Notes: generated from the sequence alone by a model not told the origin. Counted from the first letter of the stretch, positions 1 through 14,091 are shown. The stretch is 64,000 bases of DNA from Azolla caroliniana (GCA_043228905.1 JBHGNT010000007.1:13764001-13828000); one strand, 5' to 3'. Translations and numbers: made by a program.

Positions 1-46
1 AGCAGAGGAGATGGGAGGAGATGCAAGGGGTCGAGGTACAAGGGAG

Positions 47-365
47 TGTTGAATGCGGGTCTAATGAATGTATTCACATTGTCTCCCCTTGTACACACTA
101 GGTTTAGGTTATTTATGTAAATAGTGAGAAGGGAAGTTGCCCTAAGTCATTGAGTATATAATCTGACTTTGTAACCTAACTTTCGGTTGTTGCAAATATA
201 GTTCATCTTCTGCCGAACATCTCTCTCTCTCTCTTGCGTTCTTGTTGATCTTCCTTCTTGATTCTGTTTCTAGTCGCCATCAATCTTCTTCATTGCATCT
301 ATTAATGATCTCATCACAAATGAGTGCTAAGATTGTTCCACACCTAGATGACCGTGTTCTCAACA
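47..365 (+). repeat. 5' LTR of Copia A
   Basis: Termini TGTTGA...TCAACA, followed by the PBS. Confidence 0.8.
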
Positions 366-367
366 TC

Positions 368-379
368 TGGTATCAGAGC
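368..379 (+). promoter_or_regulatory. PBS (tRNA-iMet) of Copia A
   Basis: TGGTATCAGAGC, 2 nt after the LTR end. Confidence 0.92.
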
Positions 380-1024
380 TTGGTGTTTTTCGATTCTCCT
401 GCTACTGTCTACTTTGTCTCCATCAACAACTCTTCCTTGCTACACCTTGAAGATTTCAATTGACAACTCTCTACAAGATCGTTTTCGCAAAGAGAAACAC
501 CGGCAAAATTTACACTCCATTGTTCTAAATCAACATTGAAGTGAGTCAATTGGCTGCACTTCACTCTTGTGATTGTAGCCGCTTAGAGTGAGATTTCGCT
601 TCACAAGCTCTGCCTCAATCGTGCTACATTAGATTAGAAGACAATCGAATAGGTCAATCGACGCTATTTACTCGCTCGTCATAATCACTCATAGTAGTCT
701 GGGTTCCAGGAACAACCCCCTTCCATGCTTCATTCGGTTAGACAATATTCGGAAAGGTTAGTTGAAGCAGGATCAACCTGGATAATCGGCACATACTCTG
801 TGTTCAGAAATCTCGAAAATCAACATTCAAAATAGAATCAACAAACTTGGGTCCAATTCAACTAAGTCGATTGACTGTAGTCACTCCGGACAGAATTCGC
901 CAAATAGTCAAAACCGATTTGACTTGTGTACAATTTCGGCTAGAACGACATTGAGTGAGCCAGTCAGCCGCACCCCACCATTGTTCGTGGTCGACTCCAG
1001 ACAAAGTCTATGAAGTCGACACAG

Positions 1025-3249
1025 ATGGCATCAATATCCGGCTCGTTAGAGATGAGTCTGAGGAAGTTCGACGGATCGAACTTCAACTTCTAGAAGGAGC
1101 AGATGCAAGACTACCTGATAGTCAAGGGGCAAATCGACCCCATCGAAAATGAAAATGCTCTAGAAGGATACAAGCCGCTTGAATGGGAGAAGCTCGACAG
1201 AATCGTCTGAGCCACCATTCGGATGCACCTATGGGAGTCTATGTACTTCACGGTACAATCGTGTTCAACTGCCTTCCAACTATTGAAGACACTCTCAGAC
1301 ACCTACGAAAAGAAGGTAGCCGGTACGAAGATATATTTGATTCAACACGTTTATAAGCTTTGGATGGAAGAATCTGATTTGGTCTAGGCACACCTCAACG
1401 AGTACGAAAGCTTAAGTTCCCAAATTGTGGCTCAAGGGACGACTATCAAAGGATGAACTAAGAGCAATGCTGCTTATGAGTAGTCGCCCCCCTTCATGGG
1501 AAACATTCATTACAATTGTCTACAATGCGTCGACTGCTGCTGTTAAGTACTCCTTAGTCACGAGTGCAATTCTGACTGAAGTAGCTCGAAGAAAATCGTT
1601 TAAGAATGATTTGGCCAACGACGTTTACGTAGTACAAGGTTCGACCGACCAACCTGAACAACCGAGGAAGAGGTTCTTCACGACAACCGAACAACCAGCG
1701 AACTCGGAGCAAGTCACGGGATAATTAAGTCTACAATTATTGCAAGAAACTCGGACACATCAAAGACGATTGCCGCACACTCAAAGCCAAAAATGATAAG
1801 GAGATGAACAAGATTACGTCGGCATGAAGAGGTCAATTACGTCGGCTCTTCGACCAAAATACTGTCGAATGTCTCGAACATCTTGCTCATCGAAAAATCA
1901 GTTGAATAAGAAGTTCTGTTTACAACTGAAGAGTCAAGCACTTGGCTCTTGGACTCGGGTGCTTCATATCACATGACCCCTCATCGATCCCAATTTCAGC
2001 AATACTTGGACCGATATTTCGACTTAGTCCAATCGAAAATTCGCAGCACTGTGCGATAATCGGAATCGGCACCGTAGAGCTCAACCTTCAGGTGGCTCTA
2101 CATTAGTACTACACAATGTCCGCCACGTACTTGAGCTCTCAAGATCTTTGATCTCAGTCAGACAACTGCACGAAGATGGCATCCGTGCCAGCTTCTCATC
2201 AGGAGGGTGGACACTCGACAGGGGGAACCTCCTACTTGCTCGAGGAACGAAAGTACATTCGTTGTACCCATTATACATCACACTCAAAGAGAGTAGCCTA
2301 TTCTTGGTTGACATTCCCGTGTCATCACTATGGCACGGACGACTCAGACACCTCAGCAAGGCCGACATCACGCATTTATCCAAAGCCGGATACATCCCTA
2401 AACTTTCCTTCTCAGATCATCAGTTCTGTGAGCATTGCCAGTACTTACGGCAAACAGATAGCCGCATCACACTCAACATCACCACCGAGAGAATCGAGTC
2501 CGCTCGATTTGGTCCACTCGGAGATCTGTGGCCCTATGCCACATCAGTCTCTCGGTAGTGCCTTGTAGTTCGTCAGCTTTATTGATGACTCGACTCAGAA
2601 GGTGTGGGCGTATCTGATAAAGACCAAAGACTAAGTGTTCTTGATTTTCTCCAATTGGCTCACTATGGTCGAAAATCAGTCCGGCTGAAAACTGAAATGT
2701 CGTTAGTCCAATAATGGAGGAGAGTTCAAAACTGAAGAATTCGTCAAATTTTGCCGACATTGCGGCATTCGACGGGAATATACGACACCCTACAGTTCAG
2801 AGCAGAACGGAATTGTCGAGAGGATGAATCAGAGAATTCAAGAAATGATAATTTCCATGGTCCAACACTCCGAAATGTCGTATGGCTTCTGGGTGGAGTC
2901 CCTACTTATGACAATACACATTATCAATATGTTGCCGAGTAGGCCTCTGGGACTTAAGATACCTCAGGAATTACAACAAGCTAAGGATCTTCGGGTGTGA
3001 GGCATACGTCCTCATACCGAAAGATGATCGCCACAAACTTGCACCAAGGTCTAGGAAATTATTTTCTTAGGTTATGGACCAGATGGCGAAATCAGATACC
3101 GACTTTGGGACCCCGAGCACAGACCAATCGTTTGAAGTTCGGAGGTAGTGTTCAATGAGTCGGTTATGCATAAGATGATCGAAAGGCCTATTGAAGTCTG
3201 AAGGGTAACTTTTTCCGAAGTGCCGACCATTCATGAAGGCCCAACCCAT
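1025..3249 (+). pseudogene. gag-pol: Copia A gag-protease-integrase, frameshifted with stops
   Basis: Knuckle remnant (CKKLGHIKDDC), WLLDSGASYH protease, WHGRLRH...CEHC integrase zinc finger, SFIDDSTQKVW. Confidence 0.88.
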
Positions 3250-3807
3250 TGTTAGGAATATGTCCCTCCAGTGGGAGGAGCCGACTATTTGGGCCAAGAA
3301 GTGCCGACAATCGAAGACTAGGAAGAGCAAACTGTTTCGGGCCAAGTATTGATGGTTGAAGAGTCGACTGCGAGAAAGTCGACTGGGTGAGTCTACAGAA
3401 AGGAGATCCAGGTCGAAGACACGACCGACTAGAGGGCATAAGTATAAATACACTTAGGGAAAACAGTTTGACAATAGAGTGTGAGATAGTGAGGTGGAAG
3501 TGTGTGATCCTCTGACGTAGCTAGCGAAAGAGAAGAATGAGAATGAGACGAGAGAGCGAGCGGCACCATAGCTGTGTTCTGTAACAGCATACGCCAAGAG
3601 CCCTGCACGGCTAATACACTCGGTGCAGAGAGTGTTGTAATCTAATCTCGTTGTTGTATATCCATTTTATAGTGAAGCTCCGTTCTTCGTGGTTTTCTCC
3701 CGCTTTAGGGTTTCCACGTTAAATCTGTGTACACTGTTTTTTGTGTATAAGAGTTGTGTATTTCAGGATATTTCTTTTCTAGTGGATTGATGATTCATTT
3801 CTCTACA
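3250..3807 (+). repeat. 5' LTR of B (about 113 bp shorter than the 3' LTR)
   Basis: TGTTAGGAATATG...CTCTACA; direct repeat of 7893-8351 plus 13862-14073. Confidence 0.93.
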
Positions 3808-3835
3808 AATTGGTATCAAAGCTTGAGGTGCAAGC

Positions 3836-6800
3836 ATGGAATGAGTGTGAGTGGCTTCCTAGGAATGATAGTTCTAAACTCTCAGAACTATGCAGACTGG
3901 AAGATAAAGATGGAGGACCTTCTCATAGTCAAAGACTTGTACGAGCCGATCGACATAGCAGAAATACCCACGGGGGTATTAGAGTCGGAATGGAAACTTA
4001 TTAACAAAAAGGCGATGGCCACCATCCGATAGTGTGTCGATGTAAGTGTCCTTCAGCATGTGGTGAACGACACAAATGCCCACGAAATGTGGTAGAAGTT
4101 GTCAGGTCTATATGAGAGGAAGAACGCCCTCAATAAAACCTCACTGATGAGAAAGATCATACAGCTGAAATACAGAGACGGTGAGAGCATCGTCAAACAC
4201 ATCAATGCATTCCTGGGGTATGTAAATCAACTTGCTGCAACCAAGTTTCCCCTTGATGATGCTATATAGGCCATCCTATTGATGTGCACACTGCCGTATA
4301 GCTGGGAGAACCTGGTGGTTACTCTCAGCACCTCTTGTCAACAAAAGAACTTGTCTTTACAAGCGATGAAGACAAGCATCCTAAATGAGGACGCGAGAAG
4401 GAAGGACAAGGGTGTCCTAGTCCAGTTGGAGTTAAATTTGACTCAACATACCGACAGAGGAAGAAACTGACAAAGGAGTCCACCAAGGCGAGAAAAGCCA
4501 CAATCCAGGTCAAAGTCTAGAGGAAAGCTCGTGTGTTTCTATTGTGGAAAACCTGGACACTTCCAGAAGGACTGCCGACACATGAGAAAGAACAGAGGTA
4601 TTGGTAATGCTATTGAACCCAGGAAGATTCATGAGGAAAAGGGCACTTCAGCCATTGCTACAAGCAATGAAGAACTATTCATCTGTACACAAGCAAGTGC
4701 ATACCTAGCGAGTGAGGAATGCACTTGGGTGATCGACTTCGGTGCATGTTTCCATATAACTCCATCGAGAGAGTATTTCTAAACTTACATAGCTGGGGAT
4801 CATGGTTATGTAAAGATGGGTGACAATGGGGAGTGCAAGATAGCCAGAGTCGGAAGTGTTTGTTTGATGACGTCGACAGGGTGTTGGCTGACTCTGAAGG
4901 ATGTTCGACATGTCCCCGACATCATATTGAATTTGATATCGATTGGAAGATTGGATGACGAAGGCTACAATGGTAGCTTCCGAAATGGGAAATGGAAGTT
5001 CTGCTAAGGAAATCTTATAGTGGCCCGAGCACAGAAAGAAGGCACATTGTATATGATGCAAGCTTGATTGTGCAAGTCGGAAGTGAATGTGGTAGCCGAA
5101 TCAGCAGGACAGATATGGCATAAGAGGCTAGGACACATGAGTGAGAAGGGACTGCATCTGTTGGCCGACCAGAAGCTTCTACTAGAGGTAAAGGGAGTGC
5201 ACTTGGAGAGGTGCATCGTATGCTTAGTTGGAAAGCAGAACAGAGCAACATTCCACTCTAAACCACCAAGGAGAAGAGAAGTGCCACTGGAACTAGTACA
5301 CATGGATGTGTGCTATGTAGATGTTCCATCACACCGAGGCGGACAATACTTTGTGACCTTCATTGATGACTATAGTCGGAAGTTGTGGGCTTTTGTACTA
5401 AAGTTAAAAGATCGAGTACTGTCATTTTTCAAGGAGTTCCAGGCAAGAGCTGAATGGGAATCAGGTTAGAAGTTGAAGGCTGTCCGAACCGACAATGGTG
5501 GCGAATATAAAGGATAGTTTGAGGAATACTGCAAAGCCCAAGGTATTAGAATCGAATACATAGTACCGAAGACCCCTGAGTTGATCAGGCTTGCAGAGAG
5601 GATGAATAGAACAATCATGGAGAGAGTAAGAAGTATGCTCTCTCATGCTAAACTGCTGAAATCGTATTGGGTTGAGGCGATGTATAAATTTGTTTATCTA
5701 ATCAACAGGTCTCCCTCAGTACCATTGAAGGGTGATGTTCCACAAAGGGTGTGGACAGGAAATGATGTCTCCTACTGACACCCGAGGGTGTTTGGATGCC
5801 TAGTGTATATGTATGTGCCTAAGGATCAGAGGTCAAAGCTTGACAGTAAGTCGAAGCCATGCATATTCATGGGATACTCGGAAGATGAGTTCGGCTATAG
5901 GCTATGGGACCTAGTCGACAAGAAAGTAGTGAGGAGTCGGGATGTAGTCTTCTTGGAAGACAAGACAATAGAAGACTGGAAGAAACAAAAGTTGGAATTG
6001 ACTACCTAGTCAACCTCTACTATTGTCGATTTGAGGCCAAGTGAACCGACATAGTTGGTTGTTCGGAGAAAGCCAATTGGCACAACCGATTCCAAGTTAG
6101 TTGACTCAGAGAGACCGACTGACTATGAGTGTGAGTCGGCTAAGCTGTTAAGGTCGATCGAGGAATACGAGTTGGAGTTGTCCAACCTTGAGAAGTCAAT
6201 CGACATATATGAACCTGAGCAAAGAGGAGAGTCGGGAGAGACACCCGAATGAGAGCCGACAATGAGTGGAAGAAGATACCCACTTAGAGAAAGGAGAGCA
6301 TTGACAACATATGCCAGTCAATACATCCTCTTGACTGATGAAGGTGAGCTAGAGTGCTATGATGAAGCCATTGCCGACAAACATAGAGAGAAATGGCTGA
6401 GCGCGATGCAAGATGAGACGGACTCCTTGCACGAAAACTACACCTACGACCTGGTAGAATTACCAAAAGGTAAGAGAGCACTCAGGAACAAATGGGTCTA
6501 CAAGGTAAAGTCTGGAGAAGTTGACAATGCGCCTAGTTATAAAGCCCACATTGTGGTGAAGGACTTCCAACAGAAAAAGGGCGTCAACTTTGACGAAATA
6601 TTCGCTCCAATAGTGAAGATGACATCCATTAGAACTGTTCTGAGCATACCTGCCAGCATGGATCTGGAGATCGAACAGTTGGATGTCAAGATGACATTCT
6701 TGCACGGGGAGTTGGATGAAGAGATCTACATGCAGCAACCTGAAGGTTTTGTGGAGAAAGGGAAAGAGAATCTAGTGTGTTGACTGAAGAAAAGCTTGTA

Positions 6801-7883
6801 TGGCCTAAAACAAGCTCCACGCCAATGGGACAAGAAGTTCGAGTCCTTCATGGTGGAACATGGGTTCCAGAAAACATAGGTTGATCATTATGTGTTTGTC
6901 AAAAGGTATGATGAAGGTGATTTCTTGATTCGCTTATTGACATGTTGATAGTTGGTCAAGATACAAGAAAGATCGGAAGCTTGAAGAAAGCTCTAGGCAA
7001 ATTGTTTGCCATGAAAGATCTTGGTCCAGCTAAACAGATCTTAGGGATGCACATAGTTCGGGACAGAACTAACAAAGTGTTGTGGTTGTCACAAGAGAAA
7101 TACGTGACGAAGATCCTAGAAAGACTCAATATGATAGAAGCAAAGTCGATCGGCTAAGTGTTACCGACTAACTGCAAGTTAAATGCAAAGCAATGCCTGC
7201 GAGGGGAGAAAGAAAAGGCTGAGATGAGGAAAGTACATATGCCTCAGCCGTCGACAGTCTAATGTATGCTATGGTCTACACGAGACTAGACATAACATTT
7301 GTTGTGGGAACAATAAGCCGATACATGAGTAATCCAGGAAGAGAACACTGGGCAACGGTGAAGTGGATACTCAGGTACTTAAAAGGCACCTCGAGGGTAT
7401 GCCTAAGGTATGGTATCGGAAAACCCATGCTCGAAGGGGACATGTAGATTCAACCTGATCCACGTCAGGGTACGTGATGACCTACGTAGGGGGAGCAGTG
7501 TCATGGTAGTCATGACTACAGAAGTCTGTGGTCTTGTCGACCATAGAGGCAAAGTATATGGTAGGGGTAGAGGCCGACAAGGAGCTAATTTGGATGAGAA
7601 ACTTTCTCATCGAGTTGGGGATGAAGCAAAGGATTTCTTGCTTCATTGTGATAGCCATAGTGCCATACATCTAGCCAAAATGTTGCATACCTCTTCCGGA
7701 CCAAGCACATACAGAGAAAGTATCACTGGTTGCGGGAGAAAGTCGAAGAAGGAGAGTTTACCCTCGTGAAGATCCATACTGACGACAATGGATCCGACAT
7801 GTTGACAAAGAACCTACCGATGGATAGACTCAGAGTCTGTCGACAGAGGACATGAATAATGGACTCCTCCCCACAGGAGTGAA
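3836..7883 (+). pseudogene. gag-pol: Copia B gag-pol, many stops and frameshifts
   Basis: LNSQNYADWKIKMEDLL, CFYCGKPGHFQKDC, WHKRLGH, FIDDYSRK, LDVKMTFLHG, HCDSHSAIHLAK; order GAG-PR-INT-RT-RH. Confidence 0.93.
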
Positions 7884-8384
7884 GGGGGAGTTTGTTAGGA
7901 ATATGTCCCTCCAGTGGGAGGAGCTGACTGTTCGGGCCAAGAAGTGCCGACAATCGAAGACTAGGAGGAGCAAACTGTTCGGGCCTAGTACCGATGGTTG
8001 AAGAGTCGACTGCGAGAAAGTTGACTGGGTGAGTCTACAGAAAGGAGATCTAGGTCGAAGACGCGACCGACTAGTCGGACCGGCTGGACAGTCAACACTA
8101 GGGTCGATTGATGGCTACTTATTATTATAGATAAGAAGAGTAGTGATGTGTAGTAGGGGTTACATTTGTAAATAGCCCATACAAGGCATAAGTATAAATA
8201 CACTTAGGGTAAACAATTTGACAATAGAGTGTGAGATAGAGAGGTCAAAGAGTGTGTGTGATCCTCTATCGTAGTTAGCGAAAGAGAAGAGTGAGAACGA
8301 GAGGAGAGAGAGCGAGCGGTGCCATAGCTGTGTTCTGTAACTGCATACGCCCTTGGTTGTTAGGTACATTAGGTACGGTACTGA

Positions 8385-8520
8385 TACCATACGTATTTAA
8401 CGTATTAATACGGGTATAGTACCTCCCAATTTTAAAATACGTTAAATACGTTTTTTAGTATGTTAAATACCTATAAAATACATAAAATACGTATAGTACG
8501 TTAAATACGTTAAATACTTC
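8385..8520. repeat. hAT left subterminal repeats (ACGTATTTAA / TACGTTAAATAC)
   Basis: Several copies in both orientations; same motif at 13695-13845. Confidence 0.8.
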
Positions 8521-9175
8521 TAGAATTTGAAATTTATTTACTTTCTTAAAAAATATTTGTAATATTGTAATATTGTAACCGTGTATATGCAATATAACGA
8601 AGCATTCCATGGCTGTAGTTGCATCTTAAAAGTACTGAAGGGCAAATCGAGCAAATATGAGAATCAAAAGGATACAAATCAACAAATCAAATAGATATTT
8701 GTTAGGTAAAAAAAAACCCAAACTTGTTGGGCATTTACAACAACATCCAAGGCCACGAAGCAAAAACTGTATATCCCTCACATGATTGAGGGAATTCACA
8801 TGATGAGTCATGACAAGCTAAAATTCTACAAAAAAAATCGTACTTTTGACAAAAACAACACTTTGACAAGAAGTGCAACATACCTATTGAAGAAAAGACC
8901 ACATCTTTTGATTTGGAAAAAACCTTCAGAACACATAACATCAAATATTTGAGATGCACTTACATTGCATTTTGTCAAAGAAATAGAATGCATTGTAGGA
9001 ACAAAATTTAGAAAAAAACCTTAACAACACATAACATCAGATATTTGACTTCTAAGAACACATAACTTGAACTATGTCCAAGACTCCAATGTATCAAAAT
9101 GGGCTTAGATCAAAGAAAAGTAACATATGGCTATTGAGCTTAGTAATAATGTATAGAAATCAGAAATATTAGTCA

Positions 9176-11900
9176 TTAGATCTCATCCTCATCACAATCA
9201 CCATCTTCATCATCAGATTCAGTGTTAGTTGATGACATCAACATAGGTTCTTCGTCAGTAAGATCATCATAATTTGTATGAATTGCTTCTTCTATTCCAT
9301 TGACATTATCTTGATCATTTGGTGGTAAAGAAGCAAATGTACTTGATCTTGTTATTCTCCTATTACAAGAAGACCGCTCATCATCTCTTCTTGGCCTCTG
9401 CCTCCGTATTCGATCAATAGGGACTCCATCGCTTGATGTTGTCGTATGTGATCTTGTCATGCTCCTTGTCCTTCTTCTCATGCTCATTGTTTCTTGAAAA
9501 TAAGTTTCATAGAATTCTCTATCCATATCATTCTCGTGGCTAATAGATGGAATATCAGGAGTCTTAGAGACATCTATCTCATTTGGATTCACCTGCAAAC
9601 AAGTTTATAAAAGCTTAACGAAATTTGAGGAATGTAAATTATAAGAAGTGAATAAAACAATACCTGCATTGGAGATGCATTCACAATCTCAAACTTGTGA
9701 ACTAGCCTTAAGTTCTCTCGCACATATACCAATCGTTCAAGTTGTGCTACCTTTAGTCTGTTTCTATTTTTTGTATGTGCGAGAGCATGTGCATTCCAAT
9801 TCCTTTCTGCTGCCCCAGAAGAGCAATCCTAATAGAAAACAAGATATGAAATAAAAGGTAGTACACAAAAGTGCAGTATTTTAGAACTTAACTATAAAAT
9901 TGATCATTTTTTCAAAACTTGACACTTGGGATAATATGCGGACAGCTAATGCTTGGAGCTTTGGAGTTCTTCCACCAAAATTTTCCCACCATGTGACTGG
10001 CGTCATCATAGATATCTCTTCACGTGCTAATGCATAGCTAAATGTCCCTGTACCATTTCGATATTCATGCAATTCACGAAATAAGATATCACATTCAAGT
10101 GTCGAGTACCATTTTTCTGTATAGCTCATCCATGCATCCATTAACTCGGGGTTAATAAATGTAGCCTCCTCTCTCCACATCGGATGTAGCAAATGAGCTA
10201 CAAGGTGGATCGGCCTCTTGAACCATTTCCATCGTATGTCAAATAACTTCAAAACATCTTCGTACCTAAAAGGGTATTAGTAATTACAAAATGATCTGAT
10301 CTTAAAACATGAGAAAACATTTGGAGGTTTAATGCTAGGAAACCATAAAAAATTAAAATAAATATGAAATTTACTTGGATTTGTGGGGGATGTTTTCTTC
10401 CACTCCTTTTGCTAAAACATCTTTGCTTCTTCGCATAAACTCATATAACAAACCAATAGTGGATCCCTCCCTATCAGTAAGTCGTAAAACACTATACAAT
10501 GGTGCCATTAGGGTCAAAACAACTTGAAACGAGGACTCAGTTGTAGGATCAAGGATGTAGTTCTTTACATTCATGGCATCTGGCTTATTGCAATCTGACC
10601 AAGACCTCCACATGTCACTCACCACTGTTTGCTCAAGAGGATACCAAACTTTGAGCAAACGTTGTATGACAAGGTACATCACACCAAACCTTGTCTTAGA
10701 AGGTCTCAAGATGGCGAGGTTACTGTGAGCAGAAATTTTTTTCCTAGCATTCCTCTTCTTGCAAAAAAAACGTACAATATTATTTGCATTCAACATAATA
10801 CTTTTCATCCAAGGCAGCTGACCAATGTCCTCCAAAAGTAGATCCAAAGAATGGGTTGCACATGGAGTCCAAACAATATTAGGGAACTCTGATTCTAGCA
10901 AAGACCCCATGCGGACACAACTAGATGCATTGTCTGAAATGACTTGGACCACATTTTCCTTACCAACTTCTCTAATTGCCTCTGAAATTCTTTGAGCTAA
11001 CCAAGAGCTATCAACTGTTGGTGTTGTATTAGCATGACTACAATCAATGGACTTGAGGAACATTGTCCCATAACAAGATGATACGAGGACATTTACAAGT
11101 TGCCTATGAGAAACATCAACCCATCCATTTGTTAATATAGAACAACCATATTTGGGCCATAATCCTTTTACCCTTTCTAACTTTGCTTGCAAGGATATAA
11201 CCTCATTTTTCAAGCCTTTCGTCCTCATGTAATTATCTGTGACTCCATTATGTTTCTCTCCAATTGTAGAGAAAGCTTCTAACATGTTCCGCCAACATGG
11301 TGTTTTTAATAGATTAAATGACAAATTTGCTTCAATGATACATCTCACCTCCATAACGTTTGCATGTTGTTTCCTTTGCATTTGTAACACATGTCCTTTA
11401 CGCAACGGTTGTTGTTTCACTATAATTGCTAGTGGATATGGTTGGCGACTACCACCACCCATACATGACATGCTTTGACTTTCATCAACAAAGGTAGACG
11501 AGCATGAGGTAGAAACACCTAAAAGAAAAAAAAATTCAAGATAAATAATTTACAATTGTTTAAACATTAGTAATCAAGACACCTATTGTAGGCTTGTGTC
11601 TATACCTTGTTCAGGCATGTTGAATGAGTCGATCTCTGCTACTATATCTTCTTCTTCGCCAATTGCTTGGCTTCCACAATTACCATACAAAGTTGTAAGG
11701 TCAATCAACATTTCCTTGGGGACATTGGTACATTTCGTTACTCCATGGCTAGGTTTTCCAATTAAATGAGCAATCATTCGTGTTGCTGACCCATGCATAT
11801 GTTTGTTGCAAAATTTACAGTTCCAACTCCTATTTCCTGTTTGACTTCTTACGACATTGAGGCAACATGTATCCCGATATTTGTTCTTAATGGGCAACAT
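9176..11900 (-). pseudogene. hAT transposase, 5 exons (11900-11583, 11518-10375, 10265-9926, 9828-9664, 9592-9176)
   Basis: BED finger (CKFC...H...C), DUF659 core (ENVVQVISDNAS, WTPCATHSLDL), dimerisation domain (WWENFG...ILSQ|DCSSGAAERNW). Introns 2-4 splice GT-AG in frame. First catalytic Asp reads Asn (LTNGW) and the exon 1/2 junction is out of frame. Confidence 0.88.
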
Positions 11901-12289
11901 TTTCCTTCTTTATTTTCTACAAATCAATAAAATTGAGATATTGAAAATGGAAAATAATGCACAAAAAGAGGAGCAAGATTATATGAATGCATTAAAGCAA
12001 ATCGAAGAACTGAAAGCTTTGAATAGATCAATCTTCAGGGAGGATGAGGATTATACTACTTTAAATAAGCAACTACAGGATACTCAAGAGTATCTTTTAT
12101 TCATAGAAAGCAAATACAAGAAAATGTTACAATTAAGGAAATGTATAAAAACAGAAAATTCAACTCTTTTGGAAGCTAAAAAGGAAGCAAAAATTACCAT
12201 AACTTAACTAAAGAGCCTTAATGCTTAACGTAATAACGACATGCATAAAAGCAAAAAATTCAACAAGTTTGGAAGCCAAAAGGGAAGTA

Positions 12290-12770
12290 GAATTTGGTCA
12301 AGAAATCCATCTTGAAGATGTACAGAAAGGGTTCGATGAAGATCTATTTATTCATAGTGCTTTGCTAGATATGTATGTCAAATGTGGATCTATAGTGGAA
12401 GTGCAAAATGTTTTCAACTGAATGTCCAACCGAGATGTGGTATTATGGACAACATTGATTGCATGATATGCTGAGCATGGACCCGTTGAGGATGCACTGA
12501 AAAGCTTTGAAAAGATACAAGATGAGGGGATACTTATTACTACCAAACACTTTCACCTTTTCTTGTGTCTTAAAGGAATGCTCTCATTAGAGGGTTTGTT
12601 GAGTATAGAACTACTGAGAAAGCATTAGATTCTTTCGATAAAATGCAAGTTGATGGAATCTTTCCGGATGCATATACATTGCCCATGTCCTAAAAGTGTG
12701 CGGTTTATTAGGGCCTACAGATAAAGGACAATCCATGTATATGGAGGCTGTATTGAGAGGGTTCTAGCAA
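12290..12770 (+). pseudogene. Captured PLS-class PPR gene fragment inside the hAT
   Basis: GQEIH...DLFIHSALLDMYVKCGSIVEVQNVFN*MSNRDVVLWTTLIA*YAEHGPVEDALKSFEKIQDEG...FDKMQVDGIFPDAYT. Confidence 0.88.
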
Positions 12771-13408
12771 GTGCACATTTATTCATACCCATCACATTCA
12801 AAAGCAGACAACCAAAACCATGATATTCCAAAAAATGAGTAGTTGTTAACAAAAATAAATATGCATTGCAAATGATAAAAAATGGGACATCATTAAAAAA
12901 GGACCAAGCACTTTTCCCATGACACGAAATTGAGATCTTCAATGTTTCTGGAAATCAATGTCATTTATAGTAACATGGAAAGTAAATTAGAATGATCAAT
13001 TTCTGAAATGAATTCAAATGGGATACAACCACTAAAATCAATAAGCAAAGGATTAGCTAATGCTACAAATTGTGAAAGATTTTGAACACATTGTCTACAT
13101 GTATACATACATGTTTGAGTTTCAACACATGGTTCCTATAATATTTGATCTCAACACTTGCAAAGAGGAGAGTTTTATTGCATGTCAATTACAATTGTCT
13201 ACCAATTTGTTACTTGTATAGATGCATTATTGTGGAATAGATAGATTGCTGGACACAAGCATACGTAAACTAGATCAACTAAAAATTAAATCTCCCTTGT
13301 CATTTGGTATTATCATACAACTTGACATTGGAATACAACAAAATGGGAGGTATACTTAATCATAAAAAATAAAAGAAAGAAACATATTCACTAACCTGAT
13401 TTTATTTT

Positions 13409-13600
13409 CTTGTTGTTGTTGTTGTTGTTCTTCTTCTTCTTCTTCTTCTTCTTCTTGTTGTTGTTGTTGTGCTTCTTCTTCTTCTTCTTCTAGTGCTTCT
13501 TCTTCTTCTTCTTCTTCTTCTTCTTCTTCTTCTTTTTCTGCTTCTTCTTCTTCTTCTTCTAGTGCTTCTTCTTCTTCTTCTTCTTCTTGTTCTTCTTCTA
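13409..13600. repeat. Compound (GTT)n/(CTT)n microsatellite in the putative 5' UTR of the hAT transposase
   Basis: Direct inspection. On the minus strand it lies between a telo-box AAACCCTAA (~13668-13676) and a splice-donor-like CAG|GTTAG (~13395). Confidence 0.9.
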
Positions 13601-14091
13601 AGTCTATTCTGTCTGTCTTTCTTTCTTCCTTCTATTTTACTAAAGTTGTTCTTTTCTTTTGCTTTCTTTAGGGTTTTACTCACATTTTCTATAAATACGT
13701 ACTATACGTATTTTTTTAAAGGTACGTTAAATACCGTATTAGACGAATGTATATGACATTTGAATGAACAACTTTGACGTATGGTACGTACTATACAAAT
13801 AAGAAGGTATTATACGTATTGATACGTTAAATACGCGTACGTAAACAACGCTGCATACGCCAAGAGCCCCGCATGGTTAATACACTCAGTGCAGAGAGTG
13901 TTGTACTTTGATCTTGATGTTGTATATCCATTGTATAGTGAAACTCCGTTCTCCATGGTTTTCTCCCACTTTAGGGTTTCCGCGTTAAATCTGTGTCCAG
14001 TGTTTTCTGTGTATAAGACTTGTGTATTTAAACATATTCCTTTTCTAGTGGATTGATGATTCATTTCTCTACACCCATAACACGAGATCGG

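Larger units (their letters stand above)
8352..13853 (-). mobile_element. hAT DNA transposon, 5.5 kb
   Basis: 8-bp TSD CATACGCC (8344-8351 and 13854-13861); imperfect TIRs CTTGGTTGTT / CAGCGTTGTT; TACGTTAAATAC subterminal repeats at both ends; hAT transposase inside. Confidence 0.93.
3250..14073 (+). mobile_element. Ty1/Copia element B (Tnt1/Tork-like), full length, degenerate
   Basis: TSD CCCAT at 3245-3249 and 14074-14078; paired LTRs; PBS TGGTATCAAAGC 3811-3822; PPT GAAGGGGGAG 7881-7890. Confidence 0.95.
7893..14073 (+). repeat. 3' LTR of B, split by the hAT (7893-8351 and 13862-14073)
   Basis: Both halves match the 5' LTR and rejoin at CATACGCC. Confidence 0.92.

Noticed and set aside
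8341-8351. Apparent 11-bp TSD CTGCATACGCC for the hAT
   Set aside because: The right-hand CTG is best read as the TIR end (CAG on the other strand); an 8-bp TSD fits hAT biology.
13402-13756. Poly-Arg (protamine-like) and poly-Leu ORFs
   Set aside because: They are translations of the CTT/GAA microsatellite.
14087-14091. 5-bp TSD ATCGG for element C
   Set aside because: The right-hand A is the last base of the TIR (ACA, mirroring TGT), leaving a 4-bp TSD as in related D.
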